From a virus (Duplodnaviria; Caudoviricetes): a stretch of DNA of 64,000 nt. Location of the stretch: the IMG/VR virus record IMGVR_UViG_3300049988_000245, positions 160,001 through 224,000 of that record. The stretch is one strand, 5' to 3'. The first letter of the stretch is position 1; every line of letters begins with the position of its first letter. The position numbers and the translations under genes are program-made. This document shows, piece by piece, positions 35,540 to 44,691 of this stretch. Under the pieces are notes generated by a model. It saw only the letters and a list, made by a program, of their open reading frames with translations, had not been told where the DNA came from and made no database searches.

Positions 35540-35788
35540 ATGACCGATCCAAGGGCCGTGCTGCGCCGCAAGGTCCGCCTGTATGATGCCGACGACTTTT
35601 TCTGGGACGGTACGGTTACGGAGGTCGATGAGACCGCTCTAACCGCACAGGTCGATTACGGCGACTGGATTCAGATGTATCCGATTTCCGATTTGAAAAC
35701 CGTCTGGACAGAGGATGGCTCCTACGAGTGCGTATTGGTACCCCAGAGTTTTGGAACAGTGGTATCCGACTATCGCGAAACGATTTGA
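35540..35788 (+). CDS. Small SH3-like hypothetical protein
   Basis: AAGGA RBS; V..Y....W.GTV.EVD...V.YGD pattern. Confidence 0.6.
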   Translation: MTDPRAVLRRKVRLYDADDFFWDGTVTEVDETALTAQVDYGDWIQMYPISDLKTVWTEDGSYECVLVPQSFGTVVSDYRETI

Positions 35789-35812
35789 CAAACTAACGAT
35801 TCGGTGTACTCT
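35785..35812 (+). promoter_or_regulatory. sigma70-like promoter, 16-nt spacer
   Basis: TTGACA-N16-TACTCT upstream of rIIA. Confidence 0.6.
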
Positions 35813-35841
35813 GATGCGATCAACGGCATTTGAGAGGCACC

Positions 35842-38010
35842 ATGAGCGTATTAGTTCAGCCCAGCACCGAGACCACGGCCGAGCGTAAATTCGGTATGGT
35901 TCAGTCGGGCAAGGGATTCCGGATTCTCTCCTCGACCCTTTACTCGGACAAGGCGTTCGCGATGATTCGCGAAATCCTGTCCAACGCGTTCGATGCCCAC
36001 AACGCGATCGACAAGGGCGACATCCCGTTCCACGTGCACCTGCCGTCTAAGACCGAGCCGTTCTGGGCAGTTCGAGATTTCGGTCCCGGCCTGTCTGATG
36101 AGGATATGGGTCGTATCTACACGGTCTATTTCGAATCCACTAAGGCCCGCCATTCGAAGAAGTTCGCCGGGCAGCTAGGTCTCGGCACCAAAGCGCCGCT
36201 CGCCTTCACCGAGTCGTTCGTCGTCGTCTCGTTCCACAACGGCAAGAAGCGCACCTACACGATCTTCTTCGACTCCGACGACAATCCGACCCTGTCGCCG
36301 CCCCTGGTCACCCAGACCGACGAGCCCAACGGAATCGAGGTGATCGTCAAGGTCGCCCCTGAGGACTTCAAAGAAGTCATCGACAAAACCAGCAAGGCAC
36401 TGTCCTACTACGATCCCATGCCGATCATCACGAACGCCCCCGCCAATTTCCGTCCGGGTCCACCCGATGCAGTGTTCCAGGGCGAGGACTTCGCTCTGAC
36501 CATGCGCGGGCGCGGCTCTCTATACGGATACACGTCCAATCCGGCACGCGCCGTAATGGGCCGAGTGATCTACCCGATCAAGGCCGATATGGTGCCGGGG
36601 CTGACCGAGACCCAGCAGATGCTGCTGGACCAGCCCTTCGACATCCGCTTCCCCATGGGGACGCTCGATTTCGTGCCGAGCCGTGAGGAACTGTCCTACG
36701 ACCGCAACATCACCATTCCGGGAATCAAGAAGGCCGTCGCCAAGCTGGAGCGCGATATCATCGAGGCTCTCACGGTCAAGCTTGCCCCGGCAGAGACCGA
36801 AATGAAGGCCCGTCAGGTGTTTGCCTCGCTCGACGAGAAGGTCCGCACCATCGCGCATAAGCTCGGAGGCGTCCCCTGGAACGGTCTGAATATCGCTGAG
36901 ACGTTCTTCCCCATCAAGGTGCCGAAGGGCGTCACCATCACCTCGTACGAGGCTCGCTCGCGCGGCGTTTCCCGCGATACGAAACAGGCTGGGATGGTCG
37001 CTTGCATCCCCCTGACCAACACCTTCGTATTCGACAACGATCGGGAGAAGTCCAGCGTCCACGGGATGCACGCGTATTGCCGGGACACGCTCGACCGCTA
37101 CAGTGACCGCAAGGGTCCGTACTTCCTGCTGGAGGGAGACGCAAAGAGCCGCGCCGCAATCCTAAAGCGGATCGAGGGGGTCGATACGGGGCCGACCAGC
37201 AAATTCATCCACGAAGTGGCCCGACGCTCCGTATCGGCGAAGAAGGTCTACAACGGCAAGCTCGATAAGGATCACATGCGTGACACGTATGTGAATATGG
37301 AGTTGGGCGGTTTCTACGTGCTGATCGTGAACAACGAACTGTCTCCGGCGGCCCGCTACAACAAGGATCAGTGGGAGAGCGCGCACCGTGCGGCGGTCCA
37401 AGCCAAGCTGTTCGATCGCAATGATCAGGTCGTCGCGGTTCCAGCGTCCCTGTCCAAGCAGTTCGTGAACCATCCGAAGTGGAAGGACTTTTACTTCGGG
37501 ATGCGAGAGCGTGCGATCGAGCGGATCAATGAGACCAAGCCGGAGCAGGGCATCGCAAATTTCAATGCCCTCAGTGCGGTGAAATTCAGTGACCGCGACG
37601 ACTACCGGAACGATGCGACCCGAGTGATCGAAGGGCTTGCCAACGTGCTGGGCAAGGATCACCCGTTCGCGAAGTTCCACAAAAAGATCGTCGCCACCCG
37701 TGACTCCGCCTACGGTGCTGTCCACGATGCGAAGTTGCTGTCCCATCAGTTCGGGATCGACCTGACCCTGCCGAAGCCTAACTACGACTTCGCCGGGGTC
37801 TGGAGCGGCCTGATCAAGCAGTACCCAATGGTCACCGTGCTGCTCGATCTCGGCATCAACATGTACGATGATGATCTGGTCGAAAAGGTCATGGCCAAGG
37901 TCCGGGAATACGTGGAACTCGTCGATGGAAAGAAGGTCGTCGTCCTCTCGCCGCCGATCGCGACCAAGCGGGCCGATCGGATCGACAAGCGCCGGGCGTC
38001 CGGTCGCTAA
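35842..38010 (+). CDS. rIIA: rIIA-like protein (N-terminal GHKL ATPase)
   Basis: FRILSSTLYSDK..IREILSNAFDAH, VRDFGPGLS, STK..GQLGLG.KAP.A.T..F.V.S.HNG, F.MG.LDF.PSREELSY. Confidence 0.88.
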   Translation: MSVLVQPSTETTAERKFGMVQSGKGFRILSSTLYSDKAFAMIREILSNAFDAHNAIDKGDIPFHVHLPSKTEPFWAVRDFGPGLSDEDMGRIYTVYFESTKARHSKKFAGQLGLGTKAPLAFTESFVVVSFHNGKKRTYTIFFDSDDNPTLSPPLVTQTDEPNGIEVIVKVAPEDFKEVIDKTSKALSYYDPMPIITNAPANFRPGPPDAVFQGEDFALTMRGRGSLYGYTSNPARAVMGRVIYPIKADMVPGLTETQQMLLDQPFDIRFPMGTLDFVPSREELSYDRNITIPGIKKAVAKLERDIIEALTVKLAPAETEMKARQVFASLDEKVRTIAHKLGGVPWNGLNIAETFFPIKVPKGVTITSYEARSRGVSRDTKQAGMVACIPLTNTFVFDNDREKSSVHGMHAYCRDTLDRYSDRKGPYFLLEGDAKSRAAILKRIEGVDTGPTSKFIHEVARRSVSAKKVYNGKLDKDHMRDTYVNMELGGFYVLIVNNELSPAARYNKDQWESAHRAAVQAKLFDRNDQVVAVPASLSKQFVNHPKWKDFYFGMRERAIERINETKPEQGIANFNALSAVKFSDRDDYRNDATRVIEGLANVLGKDHPFAKFHKKIVATRDSAYGAVHDAKLLSHQFGIDLTLPKPNYDFAGVWSGLIKQYPMVTVLLDLGINMYDDDLVEKVMAKVREYVELVDGKKVVVLSPPIATKRADRIDKRRASGR

Positions 38011-38034
38011 AACAAATCGTCAAGACTAAGGGGC

Positions 38035-38325
38035 ATGACGTACGATGGAGTATTAACTACTTCAGAGGATGTCATGCCCCTTAAAGTTACCCATGAAGAA
38101 CGCAATGCCGAGGCCATTCGTATCGCAAAGACTTTCCGTGGGTCGCCCGGCCAGACTCTGGTTGCCGTTCTTGGAGCACTCGGCGCAGAAATCGGAAACG
38201 CCTCTCACCTTGACGCGATCTGGGCCGAGTACTACGCCTCGCAGGCTAGTGCGGAGAATGCTCGCTTGACCTCTGAGATCGCTCGCCTGGAAGGGTCGCT
38301 CGCTGACTACGAGAACAAGTTCTGA
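38035..38325 (+). CDS. Hypothetical protein
   Basis: Follows rIIA; not rIIB-like; start may be 38074. Confidence 0.55.
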   Translation: MTYDGVLTTSEDVMPLKVTHEERNAEAIRIAKTFRGSPGQTLVAVLGALGAEIGNASHLDAIWAEYYASQASAENARLTSEIARLEGSLADYENKF

Positions 38326-38338
38326 CCTGCATCAGACA

Positions 38339-38590
38339 TTGATGATCTACCCCGATGCCCCGGCCGCGCATCGGGAGGTCTTACCCGGCGAGTACGTCAT
38401 CACGGGTATCTCGGCGAAGTGGGAGCAGATTCGCATGGCCGGATACCTGAACTTCACAGTCCGTAGTGCTCAGATGGATATCGTCTGTACCATGGGGATG
38501 GATTTCGAATCCCTCCCTGACTGGTATCAGGAGGTCGTACGCAGCGTCATGCGGCCGGGAGCCGCCATCATCCGTCTGGACAAGCCGTAG
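38339..38590 (+). CDS. Hypothetical protein
   Basis: Co-oriented ORF filling the gap. Confidence 0.5.
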   Translation: MMIYPDAPAAHREVLPGEYVITGISAKWEQIRMAGYLNFTVRSAQMDIVCTMGMDFESLPDWYQEVVRSVMRPGAAIIRLDKP

Positions 38591-38595
38591 TCGTC

Positions 38596-38832
38596 CTAGC
38601 ACCACCTGAGGCGAAATGCGAAGGCATCGGCTTCTTCACGGATGAAGATCGACCACGAAAAGGCGTACCAACGGGTGCTATCGATCCCAAATTGTTGTTC
38701 ACACCATTCGTAGGCTTGATCGAAAGTTGCGATCTGGGCTTGTATTTCTTTATCGTCGGCAAAATCGATACAATCATGGTAGAACGACCAACGCGAACCT
38801 GAGTTTATAAAATTAAACTTCAAGGTCTCCAT
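38596..38832 (-). CDS. FKxRW-family paralogue
   Basis: EWCEQQFG..RW..IFIREEADAFAFRLRWC. Confidence 0.8.
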   Translation of the reverse strand: METLKFNFINSGSRWSFYHDCIDFADDKEIQAQIATFDQAYEWCEQQFGIDSTRWYAFSWSIFIREEADAFAFRLRWC

Positions 38833-38883
38833 CTTCGTCGATGCTCTTCTTCGAGGAATCGAAATTCTTATCCATGGGCGTAT

Positions 38884-39183
38884 TTAGCGCCTGAGTAGGC
38901 TTAACACGGTCATGTCGCGATCGAACTCATCCCGGCTCCCCCGGAGCGTTGCCGAGTACGAGTGCCCACCATCCGAGTGATAATCACAGATCATGGAAAA
39001 CTCATAGGGTGAGTGCACCGGAGTTCCACGGGTGATTCGCCACGTCAGGCCGTCCGGAAACATGTCGTGCCGATTCTGGATGAACAAACCCTGGTAGTCG
39101 TACCATCCATGCTCAAGCTTTTGGACGAGCATGAGTAGGGATTCGGTCAACTCATAGGGGGCTATCGAGTAAAGGGTCCCCAT
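38884..39183 (-). CDS. Hypothetical protein
   Basis: MGTLYS start overlaps the upstream stop (TGATG). Confidence 0.6.
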   Translation of the reverse strand: MGTLYSIAPYELTESLLMLVQKLEHGWYDYQGLFIQNRHDMFPDGLTWRITRGTPVHSPYEFSMICDYHSDGGHSYSATLRGSRDEFDRDMTVLSLLRR

Positions 39184-39572
39184 CAGCGCGGAGTCCGCCG
39201 GGTGTACGTGCCCATACCCTCCCCCAGGGGATCGGAGGCGGGATCGTGGACGTATCCACGCGCGGTCAGGAACGGTACGATTTTCGTCTCCAGCACCTGC
39301 TCCACATATACGCCTCGAATCACAGGGCGTTCGGCCGCGAACCCCTCGCAGAGGTCGAAGAGTTCCCGCATCAGGCCGGTGCGCTGGCGCCGGGCCGTCA
39401 TGTTGGCGATGGTCAGCCAAATCGCGACTTCGCCCTCCGCCATACGCTGACCCAGGCGGAGGTAGGCGTGGAACTGGCTGGCGCGGCCGAACCATGCGGA
39501 TCGCGGGTACCGGAGGTCGTCACGGTCGTACAGGGTGTGCAAACCGGCTTCGATCAGGGTGAGACGGCCCAT
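39183..39572 (-). CDS. GNAT-like protein
   Basis: LTIANM.....R.G.MRELF...E.......VYVE.V....I..FL..RGY. Confidence 0.5.
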   Translation of the reverse strand: MGRLTLIEAGLHTLYDRDDLRYPRSAWFGRASQFHAYLRLGQRMAEGEVAIWLTIANMTARRQRTGLMRELFDLCEGFAAERPVIRGVYVEQVLETKIVPFLTARGYVHDPASDPLGEGMGTYTRRTPR

Positions 39573-39865
39573 CAGCACCACCGGAGGCGAAATTCGAGGG
39601 CCTGGATTTCGTCTCGAATCATCGCCCGTCGTCCCCAGAAGTACCAAGAGAGGTGCTGGTCCTGAAGGTCCCGTTCGGATTTGTATCCATCGGCGGCACA
39701 CACGTTCCCGAAATGCTCCAGGCACCAATCGTACGCCTCCATGATCTGGCGCGGCTCTTCCAGCTTGAACGCGCGATGCTTCGTCGGCGACTCCTCAAAC
39801 GTTGCCACCTCGAACGCTTGGTAGATCAATCCGGCGTGGGTCGTCGGCTTCATCATAATCCACAT
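39572..39865 (-). CDS. FKxRW-family paralogue
   Basis: DWCLEHFG..W..IRDEIQALEFRLRWC. Confidence 0.8.
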   Translation of the reverse strand: MWIMMKPTTHAGLIYQAFEVATFEESPTKHRAFKLEEPRQIMEAYDWCLEHFGNVCAADGYKSERDLQDQHLSWYFWGRRAMIRDEIQALEFRLRWC

Positions 39866-40104
39866 CAGCACCACCGTAGTCGGAAATCCATCGCGTCAAT
39901 CTCGTCCCGGAAGGCGATCTCCGTTTCCGTGACACGGCACCATCGTCCGCCCCTATGATGCGGCGTCGGCATGCCAAACCGTTCTTTACACCAAGCCACC
40001 GCCTCGGCCACGGCATCTAAGCGGAGGTATTTCCGATCATGAGAAGGGAGGCATTCGAAAACAAAATAGTAGAACCCTTCACGGTCGTAAAAAAGACTGA
40101 ACAT
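39865..40104 (-). CDS. FKxRW-family paralogue
   Basis: AWCKERFG..RW..IAFRDEIDAMDFRLRWC. Confidence 0.8.
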   Translation of the reverse strand: MFSLFYDREGFYYFVFECLPSHDRKYLRLDAVAEAVAWCKERFGMPTPHHRGGRWCRVTETEIAFRDEIDAMDFRLRWC

Positions 40105-40343
40105 CAGACCCACCGGAGCTTGAACATGAAAGCGTCCTGCCGATTGGTCAGATAGACGCGATCAAGCTTGAAATCCCAGCGTTCTTCAAAGTTGGTCACG
40201 AGCCAGTGCATGACCTTGTCGCATTGTTCTACAGTCAGGTACTCCGGACCAGGGTAGTAGAATTGATATGGGAAATCCTCCACCATGAAGTCGTTCATGT
40301 GTGTGCTTAGATCAGCGACGATGAAGCGGACCCCGTCACTCAC
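40104..40343 (-). CDS. FKxRW-family paralogue
   Basis: HWLVTNFEERW..LTNRQDAFMFKLRWV. Confidence 0.8.
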   Translation of the reverse strand: MSDGVRFIVADLSTHMNDFMVEDFPYQFYYPGPEYLTVEQCDKVMHWLVTNFEERWDFKLDRVYLTNRQDAFMFKLRWV

Positions 40344-41509
40344 GCGACGGGGGCCTTCTCCAACAACTCCTCACGCGTCATCGTGTAGTCGGAATCCGCC
40401 CACAGATTACGCAGCAGTCCGACCATCTGGCCGACCATCGGCCCCGGCTTGTGACCGGCATCCAGCAGGTCTTGGCCCTTTACGGGGCACTCGGGAATCT
40501 CCCACGCCAACACGTCTCCGTACAGGTACGTGCGGTGCTGCAACAAGGCGAGTTGTGCAACCCAATGACGATCGATCCGATCGAAGGCGAGGTACCTCTT
40601 CAGGTCGGTCATGTCGCGGTATCCCGTGGAGAAATCCACACTGTGTAGATTGTCTGCCAGCCACGCCGCCCGCTTTGCCTCGGCCGTGGAGAACCGCCAC
40701 AGTGTGGACAGCGCACGCACCTGCTCGGGATCGACCGTGAACGCCACCATGATGGCGACCGGGTCCTTCACCACGCCCTCCAGGGCCACCACGTCGCGCC
40801 AGGAGCCGTGTGAGAGCCCGATGTGATGGGCGACGCCCATCCGCATCATCTCGCGCAGCATGTAGCCTCCTGAGGCGCCGACGACGATCTTCGACATCTC
40901 CGACCAGACGCGTTCCTTGGAGATTTTCTTCAGCCCGTGGGCGTTCAGAACCACCGCGTCCACCGTCTCGTCGTCGATCGACATGACGTTGCCGAACCGA
41001 GCCAGGAAACGGAACCACCTCAGGATGCGCAAATAGTCCTCACGCATACGCGCACCCGCATCACCGACGAAGCGAACCACGCCGTTTTCCAGATCGGCCT
41101 TGCCCTCGAAAGGGTCGAACAGGTTGCCGTCGAAATCCATCATCATCGAGTTGATGGTCAGATCGCGACGCATCTGATCGAGTTCCCAATCCCCATGGTA
41201 GGAGACCACGGCGTGGCGCCCATCATGGTCGGTCTCGGTCCGCAGCGACGTAATCTCGAACGGCTCGCCCCCGAGGACCACCGTGATCGTACCGTGCTGG
41301 AGACCCGTGGTGACATAGCGGAAATGATTCTCCGCATAGACCGCCATCTGCTGGTCCGGGGTCGCATCCGTACACAGGTCGATGTCTTTCGGCGTCTGCC
41401 CGCGTAGGGTGTCGCGAACGCACCCACCAACGAGGCGGATGTCGAAGCCAGCCGCCTGAAAGGCAGCGCGGAGAGACAGCAATGCGGGGGTCAAATAAGA
41501 AGGTGCCAT
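40340..41509 (-). CDS. cca: CCA tRNA nucleotidyltransferase (class II)
   Basis: LVGGCVRD, DIDLCT, G..HGT, EITSLR.E..HDGRHA, RRDLTINS, DPF.G..DL, EDYLRILRWFRF. Confidence 0.95.
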   Translation of the reverse strand: MAPSYLTPALLSLRAAFQAAGFDIRLVGGCVRDTLRGQTPKDIDLCTDATPDQQMAVYAENHFRYVTTGLQHGTITVVLGGEPFEITSLRTETDHDGRHAVVSYHGDWELDQMRRDLTINSMMMDFDGNLFDPFEGKADLENGVVRFVGDAGARMREDYLRILRWFRFLARFGNVMSIDDETVDAVVLNAHGLKKISKERVWSEMSKIVVGASGGYMLREMMRMGVAHHIGLSHGSWRDVVALEGVVKDPVAIMVAFTVDPEQVRALSTLWRFSTAEAKRAAWLADNLHSVDFSTGYRDMTDLKRYLAFDRIDRHWVAQLALLQHRTYLYGDVLAWEIPECPVKGQDLLDAGHKPGPMVGQMVGLLRNLWADSDYTMTREELLEKAPVA

Positions 41510-41515
41510 CCCACA

Positions 41516-41543
41516 AAGATACGTGGAATTGCTAATTAGTCAA
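41516..41543 (-). promoter_or_regulatory. sigma70-like promoter, 16-nt spacer, leaderless spacing
   Basis: TTGACT-N16-TATCTT, then 6 nt to the cca ATG. Confidence 0.55.
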
Positions 41544-41552
41544 ACCAAAATT

Positions 41553-42776
41553 TTAGAGTCGCAGGAGGTTTGCCACAACATCTGAGATATCGCGGCCTAC
41601 GCGTTGGAACTCAACCGGATTTCCATATTCATCGAACACCGCATGGTCGATCCAGTCGCAAAGCTGATCGCCAATCTGTATCTGGATGCGGCTGGATGGT
41701 TGGGCTACGCTGAGCGCTTCCGTGTTGTTGATGAACACCTCGGATTCGACCGACGTCATGAGGGCGCGAATGTCTCGGTTGAGCAGTTCCGAACGGCACA
41801 TGCTGTAGTGCTTGGCGAAGGATGAGTTCGTGAACGTGATCCGATAGTTCAAATCGAAGCAGCAGATCATGTCCACGCCATTGTCGCGCCGTGCTGCTGC
41901 CTGCTCGGCCGATCGATTCATCTCACTGGTGTCCTTGATCGTCACCAGACGGGCGGGGCGTCCTGCCCAGATGATACGGGTTCCGGTGAAGATCACCGAG
42001 ATGTGGTCGCCGTTGTTGTGCAGCCCCTGGGCGACGAAATGCGTATGGTCGTCGTTCGCCTCGACACGCTCAGCCTCGGAGACATCGAAGAGAATCGCGA
42101 CGGGGCGATTCATAATCTCTTCCGCATCATAGCCGAATAGCCGGGTCACCGCAGGATTCGCAGCAACGATCCGATCGTTCTGCTCGATCAGGATTCCATC
42201 GAACGATGCGTCGAACGCCGACTTGTATCCGCGATTGGCTTTCGAAGATTCCGAAAGGCCGACGATCGGCTCCATATTGCGGATGATCACCAGCATGGAG
42301 GATGACCCGTTGGACCAATCCAGCCGGGTGATCGAGGGTTCGATCCAGAACAAGGCTCCGTTCGGCCGTAGGCCCCTCAGAGGCTTGGGAGAGGTCGGGA
42401 GCCACGCGGAGCTTTCCTCGGCCATCCCCCACAGGGTGGAGGCGTCTGGAACCGCATCCGCACCATGCTGGAACAGATCGCAGACGTTAAGCCCGTTGAT
42501 GTCGGCCCGGCCGAACATCCGTCCTGCTGCGGGATTATACGACTGAACAGTTCCGTCCATCTCGGTCAGGAACAGCGCGTCGTTCATGATCCGCGCGGTA
42601 TGCTCAAACTGACGGATCGAATCATCGAGACGCGCTTTGAGGCAGATCGTTAGGTCTTGTGCCGCGTTGGCAGTCTCGGTAGCCGCCATCAGTAGAGAAT
42701 TTTGACTTACCGACATCAAGGCTTCGAGGTGGTCGTCGCGCTTCTGGCGTGTTTTCCGACTACCCCAACCGAACAT
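41553..42776 (-). CDS. Triple-PAS-domain protein without output domain
   Basis: Three PAS repeats: DALFLTEMDGTVQSYNPAAGRMFG; DGILIEQNDRIVAANPAVTRLFGY; DMICCFDLNYRITFTNSSF..WIDHAVFDEYG..EFQRVGRDIS. No H-box, HATPase or GGDEF. Confidence 0.88.
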   Translation of the reverse strand: MFGWGSRKTRQKRDDHLEALMSVSQNSLLMAATETANAAQDLTICLKARLDDSIRQFEHTARIMNDALFLTEMDGTVQSYNPAAGRMFGRADINGLNVCDLFQHGADAVPDASTLWGMAEESSAWLPTSPKPLRGLRPNGALFWIEPSITRLDWSNGSSSMLVIIRNMEPIVGLSESSKANRGYKSAFDASFDGILIEQNDRIVAANPAVTRLFGYDAEEIMNRPVAILFDVSEAERVEANDDHTHFVAQGLHNNGDHISVIFTGTRIIWAGRPARLVTIKDTSEMNRSAEQAAARRDNGVDMICCFDLNYRITFTNSSFAKHYSMCRSELLNRDIRALMTSVESEVFINNTEALSVAQPSSRIQIQIGDQLCDWIDHAVFDEYGNPVEFQRVGRDISDVVANLLRL

Positions 42777-43021
42777 CAAAATACATCCTTGTACACAGAA
42801 CCGCGTCGAATCTTATTTATCGCACTTGCAGTACAATTGAACCGTTTACAAATTGTAGATGCAGCTTCTAGACTTGCGCGAATCTCACGAACTTGGTCGT
42901 CGGTAAGTCGTCGAAGCGTTGGGCGAATGTCGTTTTTGACCAGTGTTTTTAGAAGAACCGAGATACGTATTTCCAGTCTCGATATGAACGATCCGATATA
43001 TTCCAGAGTAATCCAAAACAA
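42776..43021 (-). CDS. Small HTH protein (resembles C-terminal DNA-binding module of HNH endonucleases)
   Basis: RLTDDQVREIR..ICKRFN.TASAINKIRRG..YK; start uncertain. Confidence 0.5.
   Translation of the reverse strand: MFWITLEYIGSFISRLEIRISVLLKTLVKNDIRPTLRRLTDDQVREIRASLEAASTICKRFNCTASAINKIRRGSVYKDVF
42814..42819 (-). promoter_or_regulatory. TAAATA late-type promoter for PAS gene
   Basis: 37 nt above ATG 42776, with an AAGGA RBS between. Confidence 0.4.
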
Positions 43022-43114
43022 AAGCCCTGTAAAATCGAGCTAACGATCTTACAGAGCTTTACAAAGTAATTAAATATTTTTATCGTAGTTAGTACTAATC
43101 TCCATTAAAACCAA

Positions 43115-43378
43115 TTACAACTTTGAACGTATCTCAATTAGGACTAATTTCAGCGAAGTCAAAGCTTCGCCGAGCGTCTTATTGCCGGTGTAATAGTCAT
43201 CAACGATGCGCTCGATTTTCTCATCCTTGCGCTCGACTTCCTTGAGGATTCGGCGGCGGTCGAGGATGAGAAGGCCGATGATAAGGCAGAGGATGGCGAT
43301 CATCGCCTGAGGTCCACCACCGAGAAGCGCGCCGATCAACTTTTCAAAAATAGATTCCAAGGTCGGGGCTCCAGCCAA
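43115..43378 (-). CDS. Holin-like single-TM plus coiled-coil protein
   Basis: Hydrophobic segment AMIAILCLIIGLLIL followed by DRRR and a coiled coil; TAAATA at 43395-43400. Confidence 0.45.
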   Translation of the reverse strand: MAGAPTLESIFEKLIGALLGGGPQAMIAILCLIIGLLILDRRRILKEVERKDEKIERIVDDYYTGNKTLGEALTSLKLVLIEIRSKL

Positions 43379-43464
43379 TATTATGGGACTGGAGTATTTA
43401 TGCCCTGACCTTGGATTTGTTGAGTGCGTACTTTGCTGGCACTTACGTCGAAATCATCGCGGGA

Positions 43465-43887
43465 CTAGAGCCCGGAAGCCCATCGGAACTTGAAGAACAC
43501 TGCCATATCCTCGTCTGCGAAGGAGAATTTCAGCCCCTTCACATCTCGGGTGACACGGACTCCGAGGTCGGTCCATTCGTAGCGCCCGAAGATCGAGTAC
43601 TTTGCCTTGGCGTGTTCTTCGAGCCATTCCCGAATCTCGAACATGACGTCCGAATCTGGAACCTTGATGAGAACGCTGTGCTGGCAGAGATCGGGTCCAA
43701 CTATGTGCGAGACGAGCGCGGCCAGCGCTGGAAACGTCTCCCCGCCCTTCTTCTTCGTGTGAACAGTACCGTTCATCAGGTGGGACCATCGAAGTTTTAT
43801 GTCCGAGATTCCACCATGCGCAACTGCTGCGGCCATCGTTCCTTTCCCGGTGTGCCCCCACACGTCCAAAAGATTTTGGAGCCGCAA
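43465..43887 (-). CDS. FKxRW-family paralogue with N-terminal extension
   Basis: EWLEEHAKAKY..FSFADEDMAVFFKFRW; start uncertain. Confidence 0.65.
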   Translation of the reverse strand: MRLQNLLDVWGHTGKGTMAAAVAHGGISDIKLRWSHLMNGTVHTKKKGGETFPALAALVSHIVGPDLCQHSVLIKVPDSDVMFEIREWLEEHAKAKYSIFGRYEWTDLGVRVTRDVKGLKFSFADEDMAVFFKFRWASGL

Positions 43888-43971
43888 TTTTAGGTCAACC
43901 GAAAGGAAAATGCCACCCGTAAAAATACGGATTGCGCACCAAAATAGGACATTCTGGTGGGACCGTATAGT

Positions 43972-44691
43972 TTAGATACGAACCACGAGTGCTGAATCAC
44001 TGTCGGTGTGCTGCACAACGTACGCACGATCCATCATGTTTACGCTCCAACCTTGACCGAGTAGCACAGCAATGTTTTGGCCAGCAGCAATGTCGTCCAT
44101 GGACATCGAAATAGCTGCTTCGTTTAGACCTTGCTGAGACATTAATTCGTTTAATTCGCCGAAGCCAACGAACTCGAATTTATGCACTTCGTGACCACCA
44201 CCCAGGGTTAGTACGCCTCGGCTAAGAGACGCAGAAGTGAGATCGCTTGGGTATAGGAAGGTAAGAACTGCCTCTGAGAGGTTGTCCTCCTCGGGGTCGA
44301 TCACTGCTTTACGAACTTCTTCCTCTGAGAACGGAACCAGATCATCATGGCCACGCAGATGCATTTTCCAGTTATCGATGTTCGCCAGCGGAGCGACTTC
44401 TTCTAATAGAGCGGTCACATTTTCTGGGAGCATGTTGTTCTTGAGAAGTTCGATGAACACCATGTAGTAGCCCTGCGCGTCCGGAGCGGGAGAAATCTCC
44501 GTATCGATCAATTCCACGGCGGAGCGTTGAAGGAATCGATTCAGGTCTTCGGCCGCGCCATGTTCGGCGACGTAGAAGGCGATGACGATCGCCTCGTCAT
44601 CAATTTTTGATTCGTACTCGTCCACGGAAATCAATGGAAGAATCAGGTCTTCGAGGTCGCCCCCTCGCATGCCTTCGTACAGATTAGCCAT
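43972..44691 (-). CDS. Conserved jumbo-phage protein, probably virion/late
   Basis: LYEGMRGGDL.DL..ISVDEYESK..VIAFYV..AAEDL.RF..DTEISP..G.Y.VF.E; GGAGG RBS. Confidence 0.75.
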   Translation of the reverse strand: MANLYEGMRGGDLEDLILPLISVDEYESKIDDEAIVIAFYVAEHGAAEDLNRFLQRSAVELIDTEISPAPDAQGYYMVFIELLKNNMLPENVTALLEEVAPLANIDNWKMHLRGHDDLVPFSEEEVRKAVIDPEEDNLSEAVLTFLYPSDLTSASLSRGVLTLGGGHEVHKFEFVGFGELNELMSQQGLNEAAISMSMDDIAAGQNIAVLLGQGWSVNMMDRAYVVQHTDSDSALVVRI

